Shown in pieces: positions 40,408 through 49,182 of a DNA stretch of 64,000 nucleotides. This DNA comes from Thermodesulfobacteriota bacterium (GTDB lineage: Bacteria > Desulfobacterota > Desulfarculia > JACQYL01): positions 384,001-448,000 of the forward strand of contig CAXXLZ010000001.1 in NCBI GenBank assembly GCA_963675595.2, read 5' to 3'. The position numbers and the translations under genes were made by a program. How positions within the stretch are numbered: position 1 is the first letter of the stretch; the number at the start of each line of letters is the position of its first letter. The notes under the pieces are model-generated. The model did not search any database and was not told the DNA's origin. It was given only the letters and a program-made list of their open reading frames with translations.

Positions 40408-43400
40408 CTATTTCGGAATCCTGATGCGGATATGGGTATCCCCTTCAATCACCAGAGATTCCTCACATTCCCGAAAAGTGTAGAAATCCGTAATGTAGGG
40501 AGTCACGGCAGCCCCCTCCGCTCCGTATTCCCGGTAATCGGTTCCCTCGGAAGTCAAAGGCAATCCCTCCATCCGCAGCCGGACAGGGAACACATAGGTT
40601 TCATACTCGAAGAACAGCAGGGCCGACCGGTCCTCCGAGACTTCACCCTCGATCCCTGCCGCGGCTTCGCCTTCCATGATATAGGTTCCGGAAAAGCGGT
40701 TTTCATTCCAGGTGAGGGGAATCGGCGTCTCACCGTCCGAATTGAAGATCAGCCTTGGAATACACTCAAGATCGGGATCGTCGCTTTCGAACACGAGTCT
40801 CAACCAAACCCGTATGCCCGGATCCGGAAGCTCAAGCGCCACCTTCACGGTCTTGTCCTCCACGTAACCGTTCATGATCAGAATGGTCAACGTGGGTACG
40901 TCTTGGCTCACCGAAACCTCGACCGGTTTGGAAATATCCGTGAGGTACATTTCCCCTCCGGAGGAAAGCATGACCCCCTGGTCGTTCTCCCGGAAGATCA
41001 CCATGCGGACGGCCTCCGCTCCAAGTTCTCCTCCCGTCAGGGAGAAAGACAGGGGCAGTTTGCTCTCCGTCTCCGTCTTGTAGCTCTCAGGCACCACCAC
41101 CTTCACCGCGTAGCAGGACAGCGGCTCCACCGCGTCGAACTCCACTCGCTTGTTGGTCTCGTCCAGGGTCTGGTAGCCCGTGTCGGCCGTGAACAGACTT
41201 GCGGCCAGCTTGTTGGGAACAAAGGCCTCGCTTTCCCGGAAAACGGCCTCCGCCGGGTGTTTGTACGTCCGGTCCACGGCGTAGTTACAGTACACTTCGG
41301 ACAGGCTCCTGGAGGTCCAGAAGGAAACCCACTCGCTGAGAGCCGCTCGGTACAACTTCCGATACGTCGCCATGGTGCGCCCGAACTTGTTCAGTGTCGC
41401 CGTGTACAGGTCCTGGAACAGGGACCCCAGGTAGGACCAGTCGTTGTGGTTGTACATGCGGGTCACGTACACGAAGAAGTCCTGCTTGGAGTAGTAGTCC
41501 TTGTTTTCCCCCCGGTGGGTGTAGTCGTCCACGGCACGGTTCAGGAATGCGAATTCGTCTCCGCCCCCCGTCATCTTTCGCACAGAAGCCGACGGCCCGG
41601 AAATGGACCCGTTGTTGTCCTGGTAGGACTGGCCCACGGGAACGGCCGTACCTTCCCAGTAGGGCTTCAACGAGTGGGTCGTGGAGTCCCAGCCCACCCG
41701 AACGTCGTACCCGGCCTGCACCGCGTGAAGCATTTCGTGAATTACCACGTGCCCCAGGGTGATCCCTTTGGCGGCCAAAGAGGTCTTGATGGCGTTGTAA
41801 TCCAGGTACAGCCGGCCCAGGGCCAACATTTCCTGCTCGGTCCTGCTCACCAAGCTGAAGTTCGCACTCTCCTCCGTTCCCGGTTGGTTGAAGCATACTT
41901 TTCCCGCCACATTGTGTATCAGGCGGGCATGAGGTTCCGTCGTCGTCGAAACCCACAGCTTGGGTCCACGAAACAGGGCGTTGGAGAGTGTTTGAGCCAC
42001 CGCCTTGGCTGCCGACTGGATTTCCCGGACGTTGACTTCCGTCAATGCGTTAGAGGAGTCCACCACGTGCCACGCAAAGGTCTTCCAGTCATACTCCGTC
42101 TGCCATGCCGCTTCGGAAAGGCTCCCCGTGTCCGGATAAAGTACCTGGTCGGGTTGAATCACCACCCCGAACACCCAGCCGTCATACAGCCCCGCCAGCT
42201 CCGCCGTGTACGTCTTGGAGACCGCATCGTATTCCCCGTGCACCGGCAACACCAGCCCGGTGCTCAGCCTGGTCTTCAGGGTCAGGTGAGCCGCATTGCT
42301 CACCGGCCCCGTCACCGGGAGGGAAACCTTGAAGAATCCATCCCCCGAAAGGGGTCCCTCATCCCCACCCACGGAAACCCGAACCACTCCGGATACCGAT
42401 GTCTCCCCCGCCTCTAATATCTCCGACGGGTCTGCCGAGGAAAGGGTCACCGGCTTCCCCGGAATCACGTCGTCGGTCAATTCGATGGAACTCCCCCCCG
42501 GTCCCGTGATCACCTTGGGATTGGGGTTCGGACCCATGCCCGTGAGACTGCACGAAGCCGCCGGAGTCCCCCCGCCGGCGTTCTGCGGTGCGGCGAAGCA
42601 ACGAGCCATGGCCGTTCCCTGCCCGCCGCTCAAAGACAAGGTCAGATGGGCCCCCGCACCCGCCAGGTCCCCCACATCCATTCCGTTTGACAGGTCCGGG
42701 TCCAGAAACACGTAAAGCGTGGACAGGTCCGCCGTGGCGATGACGATGCCCGCTCCCGTATCGTAGGACTGAACGTAGTAGTTCAGGGTCCCGGCCTGGC
42801 AGTCGGGGGACTTCCAGATGCCGTCGTGGGTCGTGACGGACGGGGTGCCGAAATGCTTGGTAATCGGATAGCTCTGCGGCCCGGACCCCGAAGGGGTCAG
42901 CACCGCGGAAGCCTGGCTCGAGGACGAAAAACTCAACGTCAGGTGATGCCCGCCGCCCGCCAGGTCCCCCACGTCGATGCCGTTGGAAAAGTCCGGGTCC
43001 AGAAACACGTGGAAGGTCTGAAGGTCCGCTGTGGCGATGACCAGGGCCGACCCCGCGACATAGGTCTGGATGTAGAAGTTCATGGTCTGGGCCGCGTTCT
43101 TCCATATCCCGTCATACTCCCCCGCAGGAGGAGGCGTTGTTCCCGGAACGTCCGCGCACACGTTGTCGAAACGGGCCTGGGTTCCCGTTCCCTGGGCCAT
43201 GAGCCACAACGTATCCACCACCCAGGGGGCGAAGGAGAAGGTCCCCTGGAAAACGGCCGCGGTGTTCTGCCGGTTGACACGCAGCACCGCCTGACTGTCG
43301 TAGAGCGCGAATCCTACGGAAGTGATGGGGCCGGCAATCGAAACCACGTTGGACTCGTACCATTTTCCTTCGAGCACGTCCCAGGCCATGAGGGAAGCCG

Positions 43401-43788
43401 CACCCTTACCAGGATACACCATGGCCGCGATTCCGTCGCTAAAGCTGCCTCCCACGTCCAGCACGGCGTCTCCCCGGGTGAAGGTGTAAATCCCGAAGCC
43501 GGCGTCCGTCCCGGCATCGAGAACCTCGAGGTCCACGTCGATCTGATACAACGCATCGGTGTAGAAGACGGTTTCCGCCGTGCCGAACCAGCCCGCCTGG
43601 ATCTGCGAAACGGAAAGCTTTCCGCTTTGTTCCATCCAGGTTGCATCATAATAGGACCAGGAATGGGGTGAACTCTCTGAAAAGTCCTCGTAAAAGAATG
43701 CACAATCTTCCGCCTGGACCCCCGCCGCGAACAACAGCGCCAAGCCAAGCCTGCACGTCGCCATAATCCACAACGCTCTTTTGCTCAT
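40408..43788 (-). CDS. Large secreted multidomain protein (1126 aa) with an HEXXH zinc-metalloprotease-like motif and an internal repeat
   Basis: GGAGG RBS, signal peptide ending VQA/E, HEMLH (41725-41739) followed by WEGTA, two DGIWK repeats, strong G/C third-position bias. Confidence 0.8.
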   Translation of the reverse strand: MSKRALWIMATCRLGLALLFAAGVQAEDCAFFYEDFSESSPHSWSYYDATWMEQSGKLSVSQIQAGWFGTAETVFYTDALYQIDVDLEVLDAGTDAGFGIYTFTRGDAVLDVGGSFSDGIAAMVYPGKGAASLMAWDVLEGKWYESNVVSIAGPITSVGFALYDSQAVLRVNRQNTAAVFQGTFSFAPWVVDTLWLMAQGTGTQARFDNVCADVPGTTPPPAGEYDGIWKNAAQTMNFYIQTYVAGSALVIATADLQTFHVFLDPDFSNGIDVGDLAGGGHHLTLSFSSSSQASAVLTPSGSGPQSYPITKHFGTPSVTTHDGIWKSPDCQAGTLNYYVQSYDTGAGIVIATADLSTLYVFLDPDLSNGMDVGDLAGAGAHLTLSLSGGQGTAMARCFAAPQNAGGGTPAASCSLTGMGPNPNPKVITGPGGSSIELTDDVIPGKPVTLSSADPSEILEAGETSVSGVVRVSVGGDEGPLSGDGFFKVSLPVTGPVSNAAHLTLKTRLSTGLVLPVHGEYDAVSKTYTAELAGLYDGWVFGVVIQPDQVLYPDTGSLSEAAWQTEYDWKTFAWHVVDSSNALTEVNVREIQSAAKAVAQTLSNALFRGPKLWVSTTTEPHARLIHNVAGKVCFNQPGTEESANFSLVSRTEQEMLALGRLYLDYNAIKTSLAAKGITLGHVVIHEMLHAVQAGYDVRVGWDSTTHSLKPYWEGTAVPVGQSYQDNNGSISGPSASVRKMTGGGDEFAFLNRAVDDYTHRGENKDYYSKQDFFVYVTRMYNHNDWSYLGSLFQDLYTATLNKFGRTMATYRKLYRAALSEWVSFWTSRSLSEVYCNYAVDRTYKHPAEAVFRESEAFVPNKLAASLFTADTGYQTLDETNKRVEFDAVEPLSCYAVKVVVPESYKTETESKLPLSFSLTGGELGAEAVRMVIFRENDQGVMLSSGGEMYLTDISKPVEVSVSQDVPTLTILIMNGYVEDKTVKVALELPDPGIRVWLRLVFESDDPDLECIPRLIFNSDGETPIPLTWNENRFSGTYIMEGEAAAGIEGEVSEDRSALLFFEYETYVFPVRLRMEGLPLTSEGTDYREYGAEGAAVTPYITDFYTFRECEESLVIEGDTHIRIRIPK
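42630..43116 (-). repeat. Two-copy protein domain repeat inside the secreted protein
   Basis: DGIWK...NFYIQTY...VIATADL...VFLDPDFSNGIDVGDLAG versus DGIWK...NYYVQSY...VIATADL...VFLDPDLSNGMDVGDLAG. Confidence 0.9.
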
Positions 43789-44402
43789 AATTGTCCTCCA
43801 GTGAAGGGCAATGCTCGTCCCGGCGGACTGCCCATGACCACGTTTTCCCTCACCGAGTCGCCCGGCTTGAACGTGCCCGTCCCCAGGAGCATCCCGGTGC
43901 AAAGTCGGGAAGCTGCGCGCGGAACCGTCGGCGTGGGGAGTGGATTCTTGCTGGTGGAGACTTGGAGAAACTCTTGTGCTTGTATGAGGTGCCGCATAGG
44001 ACTGGACCCCATGACGGGCGTCTGAATCAAGACGACCTCGGCTGCATGAACACATGCGGATCGGTCGTTATTTTCCCGGCATAGGGGTGTCGTGTGTTGT
44101 ACCCGGAAGAAGATGGTGGTTTTGTAGGCCAAGCCGGTGACGCCCAAAATCTTCCTGACACCGTTTGAACCTCGTGGGAACCGGAAGCATGGCCCCTATC
44201 ATATCCCGATGGTATGTCTTCCTAAATACCAAGTGGAGTCGGGGGTGTCAACAGGGCAAGCTTATTTGGGGTTAAGGAAAACGGGTTTTGGGCAAATCAG
44301 TTGTCCCCTCCTGCCTTGATCCTTTAGGCTCCGATGCTGTGATTATTGGAGCACACTTCTGTTCTTTCCAAGAGGGACACCTGCCGCGCTCCACCTGCCG
44401 TG

Positions 44403-44620
44403 TCAACTTCTGCCTTGGCTGTGCCATATAACCACCCCCCGGAAAGGCCCGAACAGAATTCCGCCGACAAAGGCAATCGGCAGCCCGTGAAGACGCAGCG
44501 CCGGCGCAACGGCGTAAATGAGCGAGCAGACTGCGGGAGCAAAGGCCCCATAGCTCTCGATCACTTCACGCAGGGTTTCCTGATCCGGGTATCGGGTTGC
44601 GCCGGTGGTCCGCATGACTC
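44403..44620 (-). pseudogene. Truncated, frameshifted TVP38/TMEM64 (VTT/DedA-like) domain fragment
   Basis: QETLREVIESYGAFAP...YAVAPAL..GLPIAFVGGILFGPFRGVV matches the N-terminal part of VTT proteins and then stops. Confidence 0.7.
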
Positions 44621-45966
44621 TATGGCGCCCACAACCGCAGCAAGGCCGGCAATCGTTCGAGCAGGCCCTTCTTCTTCGGAGCCTCGGGGACGTTGAAGGC
44701 TCGTTCACGGGTCACAGCGGAATCGACGGCCTTTTTGAAACGCTTCTTGAGACGGATTCGGTTCAGGTAGGTAAACGGGGCTTTCGCGACTTTGCTTTTC
44801 CCCCGCATAACGGCTTCAGGATCGAAAATGAGATCGAGAACGTGGTCGGTGGGCGTTCGGCGGTTCAGGAACCCGGCGCACCCGGCGCAGTAGGTGACGA
44901 TGCGTCTGTTCCCGGCTTCCTCTTCTCTGATCGTGCCCCATCGGCCGGGGAACTCAGGAGCCAGACAGGCCACCGATCCTCCTTCCCCGCAGCAAACAGT
45001 CTTTACGCCGCTGTGGGTCATCTCTTTCACTTCAAGGCCCTGCTTCCGGATCAGGCGGCGAACGGCGTCGTGAACCGTTTTTTCCGTGCGCACGCTGCAA
45101 GGGTCATGAACCGTCACCATGCCGGATACCGTGCTCAGCGGAATCCATCCATTGCCGGCCAATACCTCGTAAACGGTCTTGACCTTCAGGTCTCCGCCAT
45201 ACCGGGCAAAGACTTTGTGGCAATTGGGGCAAGCCACAAGAACCTCTCCAACGCCGTGATCCGTTAAAAAATTCTTCATCTCGCCGAACATAACGGCGAA
45301 ATAGTCCTCCCGACCCAGGTCGTGGGATATCTTGGTGCAGCAGTCCAGTACGATGCCCAAAGAAGGGACGCTTCTCCTCAATTGTTCAAAAATGGAGAAT
45401 GTCTTGTCCGGTCTTGTGCCGGGCAACGTACAACCCGGGAAGAACACGGTTTCGCATCCTTTCGGCAGGCCGTAGTAGCTGTAACGCCTGGAGGTACCCC
45501 GTCGCTCGTAGCCGAGCAACATCCCGTGTTCGGGATAGACGCCGTGGCCTCGTGCCACGGTTTCGTTACGCATTTGCAGAAACATTTCCGCGGGGTTCGC
45601 TCCCACCGGACACACGATGCCGCACAGACCGCATAGGCTGCACTCGAAGCACATGGCACGCTGTTTTTCTTCAAGGGGATCGTAGCCGTCGGCGATCTGT
45701 TTTGGGCTCCCGTACTTGCGGAGAAACGCACATTCCTTCGCGCAGAAGCCGCAATCGACGCACGTTGATGAGATTTGCTCGAGCTCCCGCCGTAAGGCCT
45801 CCCGCACCGGCAGGCGAGAAAAGTCATGGAGCTTGGGCTTTGCCTTTGCCACGGCGGCTTGCTTCTCTCTTCGATGTTGGTGGATTGCATCCATATTGAG
45901 GAGGATACCTGAAGAGTCGTTCCGCCCAGGTGATTGAAAGACGCGGTCTGCAACGTTGCGCTTCAT
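44620..45966 (-). CDS. Fe-S oxidoreductase with 4Fe-4S motifs and two CCG domains (HdrB/GlpC-like)
   Basis: CVDCGFC...C, CSLCGLCGIVCP, FFPGC, DCC, ACPNC, HDPC, CCGEGG and TYCAGC; real start may be downstream (45893). Confidence 0.85.
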   Translation of the reverse strand: MKRNVADRVFQSPGRNDSSGILLNMDAIHQHRREKQAAVAKAKPKLHDFSRLPVREALRRELEQISSTCVDCGFCAKECAFLRKYGSPKQIADGYDPLEEKQRAMCFECSLCGLCGIVCPVGANPAEMFLQMRNETVARGHGVYPEHGMLLGYERRGTSRRYSYYGLPKGCETVFFPGCTLPGTRPDKTFSIFEQLRRSVPSLGIVLDCCTKISHDLGREDYFAVMFGEMKNFLTDHGVGEVLVACPNCHKVFARYGGDLKVKTVYEVLAGNGWIPLSTVSGMVTVHDPCSVRTEKTVHDAVRRLIRKQGLEVKEMTHSGVKTVCCGEGGSVACLAPEFPGRWGTIREEEAGNRRIVTYCAGCAGFLNRRTPTDHVLDLIFDPEAVMRGKSKVAKAPFTYLNRIRLKKRFKKAVDSAVTRERAFNVPEAPKKKGLLERLPALLRLWAP

Positions 45967-46670
45967 CCCTCGTCACGGGGATGTTCACTATGGGTGCTTC
46001 TCCGGCCTTGAGACTTACGCTCCTTGCATATTGTCATTTTCCAGCGGCCCCATCCCGGCCTTTTTATATGGGCTGAATGCTTGGGCACGTGGATTCCGAG
46101 AGCTGCGGCTCTTACTTCGTGAAAAGACGTGAAGGGTGCCGATGCGATTCATGGGCTCTTACGGGGAGATTCTTATATTTGGATGGGTAATAAGTCAAAT
46201 TGCATCAGTCGATGGATCGGTGAACGATTCATTGGCTCATCCGATGTCCACGTGCCGGCCGTTGAGATCGCGAGAGGGGAAACATCGGAAGACGGCCAGA
46301 TTTCTAGCAGATGCGGTGTCTCTTGAACGGAATGCGCCATGGGAGGAATTCCGGCCGACGGCCGAGGCGCTTGTCTGCAATTGGAAGTGTCCCTCGTCGG
46401 GATTCACTCCACCAAAGATTCGGGCGCCGGACATGGGGTGAAAAGTTCACCGGGGAGTGTCTCTTTTACTATTGCTACGCGGCCGTTGATACGGTATTTT
46501 CAAAATACAGAGAAGGGTTTCGGGTTTCCCGCGGAAAAAGCCGTTGCATGCATCCGCAAGTTTGGGAGAAGGAACGGACCCCTTTTTGCGCCATGGGGAT
46601 TGTTCGAAGCCTCGTTCATTGCTATGATCTATTTGCGTTTGTTTGTCCCCATATACAAGGAGGGCTGGAC

Positions 46671-46982
46671 ATGAAAAGCTGGAGAGAAAGGATTGAGGGA
46701 GTATTTTCGGCCGTTGCTTTCGCGGAGGCGGGCGACAGTGGGACCTCCCTGGAACTGGCCCAATGGAATGCTTGGGATTTTAAGGTTGCAAGATTTCTCC
46801 GTCGCGCGAGCGATTATATGACTGCGGCGGCCTACGCGGAAGCGGGGATGCCGGAAACCGCGCTGTCGATTGTCGAAGTCCCGAAACCCAAGCCGGTCTT
46901 GAAGCTGCGAGCCCGCAATCCGTTTTTGCAAAGTGTGGGTCTTTCCGATGCTCAGGTTCATTTCGGGTTGGCACGGCTTTAG
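46671..46982 (+). CDS. Small hypothetical protein with two AxxF/YAEAG motifs
   Basis: AAGGAGG RBS, then MKSWRE...SAVAFAEAGD...AAAYAEAGM. Confidence 0.75.
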   Translation: MKSWRERIEGVFSAVAFAEAGDSGTSLELAQWNAWDFKVARFLRRASDYMTAAAYAEAGMPETALSIVEVPKPKPVLKLRARNPFLQSVGLSDAQVHFGLARL

Positions 46983-47260
46983 AGCGGCAAGTAGAGGTCT
47001 GGGCACCTTTCCTCGGAGGAGCCTCGGAGGAGGGGTGCGCTTTGCCGGTGGGTTGATGGTTTGGTCCGACTTTCCAAGGGAATGCGCAAGGCGGTTTCGG
47101 TCGATGGTTGCCCAATCAATGGAATGAAACGGATTAATGTGAGTTCTCACGGGTACTGGAAATTTCAGGAGTCTCGAAGACACCAACAAGCGCTTTCCGG
47201 CCGAGCGACCGCTGCGACCCATCTGCCGCCTGGAAAGCCTGATGCCGAAGGAGACGGGTC

Positions 47261-47719
47261 ATGAAGGAGATGAAAGTTCTTTTGGTGGACGACGAGGAAG
47301 ATTTCGTCAAAACTCTTGCTGAGCGAATCAAGATGCGCGATTTGGGGTCGGAGGTGGCCCTCGACGGCGAACAGGCACTGCAGAGCGTGGACACCGATGT
47401 GCCCGACGTAATGGTTTTGGACCTCAAGATGCCCGGAATCGACGGGATGGAAGTCCTGCGTCGCGTGAAGAAGGCCTACCCTGAGGTTCAAGTGATCATT
47501 TTGACGGGCCATGGCTCCGAGAAGGATGAAGAGGAAGCGCGGAGGCTGGGAGTTTTTGAGTATCTTAAGAAGCCCGTGGATCTGGATGTATTGATCAAAA
47601 CCATGAAGAAGGCGTACCGCGAGAAGATGGAGAACACCATGGTTGCGGCGACCTTCGCTCAGGCCGGGGACTTTGATACGGCAAGAAACGTTATTAACGA
47701 AGAAAAAAAGAAATCCTAG
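47261..47719 (+). CDS. Single-domain response regulator with a C-terminal AATFAQAG tail
   Basis: LLVDDE, VLDLKMPG, LTGHG and KPVD motifs. Confidence 0.93.
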   Translation: MKEMKVLLVDDEEDFVKTLAERIKMRDLGSEVALDGEQALQSVDTDVPDVMVLDLKMPGIDGMEVLRRVKKAYPEVQVIILTGHGSEKDEEEARRLGVFEYLKKPVDLDVLIKTMKKAYREKMENTMVAATFAQAGDFDTARNVINEEKKKS

Positions 47720-47786
47720 GATTCTTCGAAGGGCATCTTCTGAAAGGCTTCTTCCACGATGAGGGAGCCCGACGGTTTTTTTGGGG

Positions 47787-47824
47787 CCGTGGGTGGGACC
47801 AGGGGTCCTTCCCACGGTTTTTTT
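47787..47824 (+). terminator. Intrinsic terminator
   Basis: ccgtggg...cccacgg stem followed by a long T-run. Confidence 0.7.
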
Positions 47825-48165
47825 GGTTTTTTTGACGCGCATATGGGGTTTGGACGGCCCTTTTCCCGATGCCCCGGGTTCCGTTTACCTGATCTCCTCG
47901 TTTCACCGTCGTTCGGGCACGTCATTGCCGAAGACTTGATTCCCGCATCTTCAGCTCTCCCGATCATGGTCGAAGTCCGGTGCCGACAAGCCGGACCCTG
48001 TTGGAGGAAGGGGTTCCCCCGGGATCGTGTGAAAGGTTTCTCGGCTGCCGGGCATTGACAGCACGGCCGGCCGTGACCAAACATGAGTTATCGGCTTATA
48101 CTTTTGGGTCGATGGATTCTTCAGAAAAGCGGCGAAGCGGTTTCACGGCGAGGAAAGGGGCGGAC

Positions 48166-48603
48166 ATGAATACACGAGACGGCGATGCAGAGCAAGCGTC
48201 GGCCCAACAACCGCCGAGGATAAATGAGAATCTACGGCGTCATCCAAGAATGATGCCCGAGAGTGATACCTATGTGGGATTGGGCCCGTCGTTTGAGAAA
48301 TATGGAAAGGTCCTGGATGTCGGGTTGGGGGGGCTCGCCTTCGAGTATTTGGTGGGGGCGAGGCATTTCCCGGACGAGGAGGCCACCGAGGTGGACTTCT
48401 GCATCCGAGAGAGAGATTTCACACTTCGGGCGGTCCCTTGTCACATTGTCTATGATCGGGCCGTCCAGTCCGCGGGGAAATCGGATTCCCACATGAGAAG
48501 GTGCGGGGTGGCATTCGGGAGGCTCTCCACGGAGCAGCGCGAAGGGCTCAACGAGTTTCTCACCCGTCACGTCGTACCCATGTCGGGACAGGCAGCGGCG
48601 TAA
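48166..48603 (+). CDS. PilZ-domain (c-di-GMP receptor) protein
   Basis: RRHPR (RxxxR) and DVGLGG (DxxxxG), with CGVAF near the C-terminus. Confidence 0.82.
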   Translation: MNTRDGDAEQASAQQPPRINENLRRHPRMMPESDTYVGLGPSFEKYGKVLDVGLGGLAFEYLVGARHFPDEEATEVDFCIRERDFTLRAVPCHIVYDRAVQSAGKSDSHMRRCGVAFGRLSTEQREGLNEFLTRHVVPMSGQAAA

Positions 48604-48679
48604 CGACCTTCATTCAAGAGGGGGAGCGCCGGCTGTGCCGGCCTGGTCTGCGACCCTTCGGTCCGGCGTGGATCCCCTT

Positions 48680-48865
48680 TTAATAGAGATAGCTCCAGGT
48701 ATAGGTCAAGGGCCCGAAATCGCGTGCAAGATGGTCCCCGAAAGAGGCGGTTACGGGCCGATGATACGTGGGCACCGGGTAGTAGTAGCCCGAAATTCGG
48801 GGAGCGCACCCCAGTGCCGAAATGAGCAGCCAACCGATGATCAACGCCTTGGCGACAATCTTCAT
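48680..48865 (-). CDS. Putative small lipoprotein (61 aa)
   Basis: GAGGAGG RBS, MKIVAK plus hydrophobic core and lipobox ALG-C. Confidence 0.55.
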   Translation of the reverse strand: MKIVAKALIIGWLLISALGCAPRISGYYYPVPTYHRPVTASFGDHLARDFGPLTYTWSYLY

Positions 48866-49182
48866 TTCAATCCCTCCTCAACTGCCGTAGGATTTTCTTT
48901 CCCTCTGGTACGGGGGTCGGATCGAACCGACGGTATCTCCGCAGCCTTCCTGAATATCGGTCGAATCCCGTCAAATCTTTACATATACGCTTGCGGTCGG
49001 GCAACCAAACTTATAGAAAGTCGAGGAAGGAAGGTCGCCGAAGCGATTGGGCCTCGATCGGCATACGGCACGAAGGTTGTTTTGTCGCTTGATTTATGAT
49101 TAATGGGACCTTTTGAAAAAAGAGTCGTCCCAGTGGCCTGCGGGGTAAAGGATATCGTTGTGGAAAGCGGAGGATTCTTCCG

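Noticed and set aside
40234-42417. 727-aa plus-strand ORF
   Set aside because: Antisense shadow of the high-GC3 secreted protein gene; H/V/R/Q-rich composition with no recognisable motifs
44223-44251. TTGACA-17-TATTTA on the minus strand upstream of the secreted protein gene
   Set aside because: The -10 box lacks the conserved final T and lies over 400 bp from the start codon
46260-46375. Possible IS5-family transposase N-terminal scrap (LERNAPWEEFRPT)
   Set aside because: Only a short motif resemblance, with no further transposase motifs or inverted repeats seen
49066-49080. Sigma-54-like sequence CGGCACG-AAGG-TTGT upstream of the kinase
   Set aside because: The -12 element reads GT rather than the conserved GC
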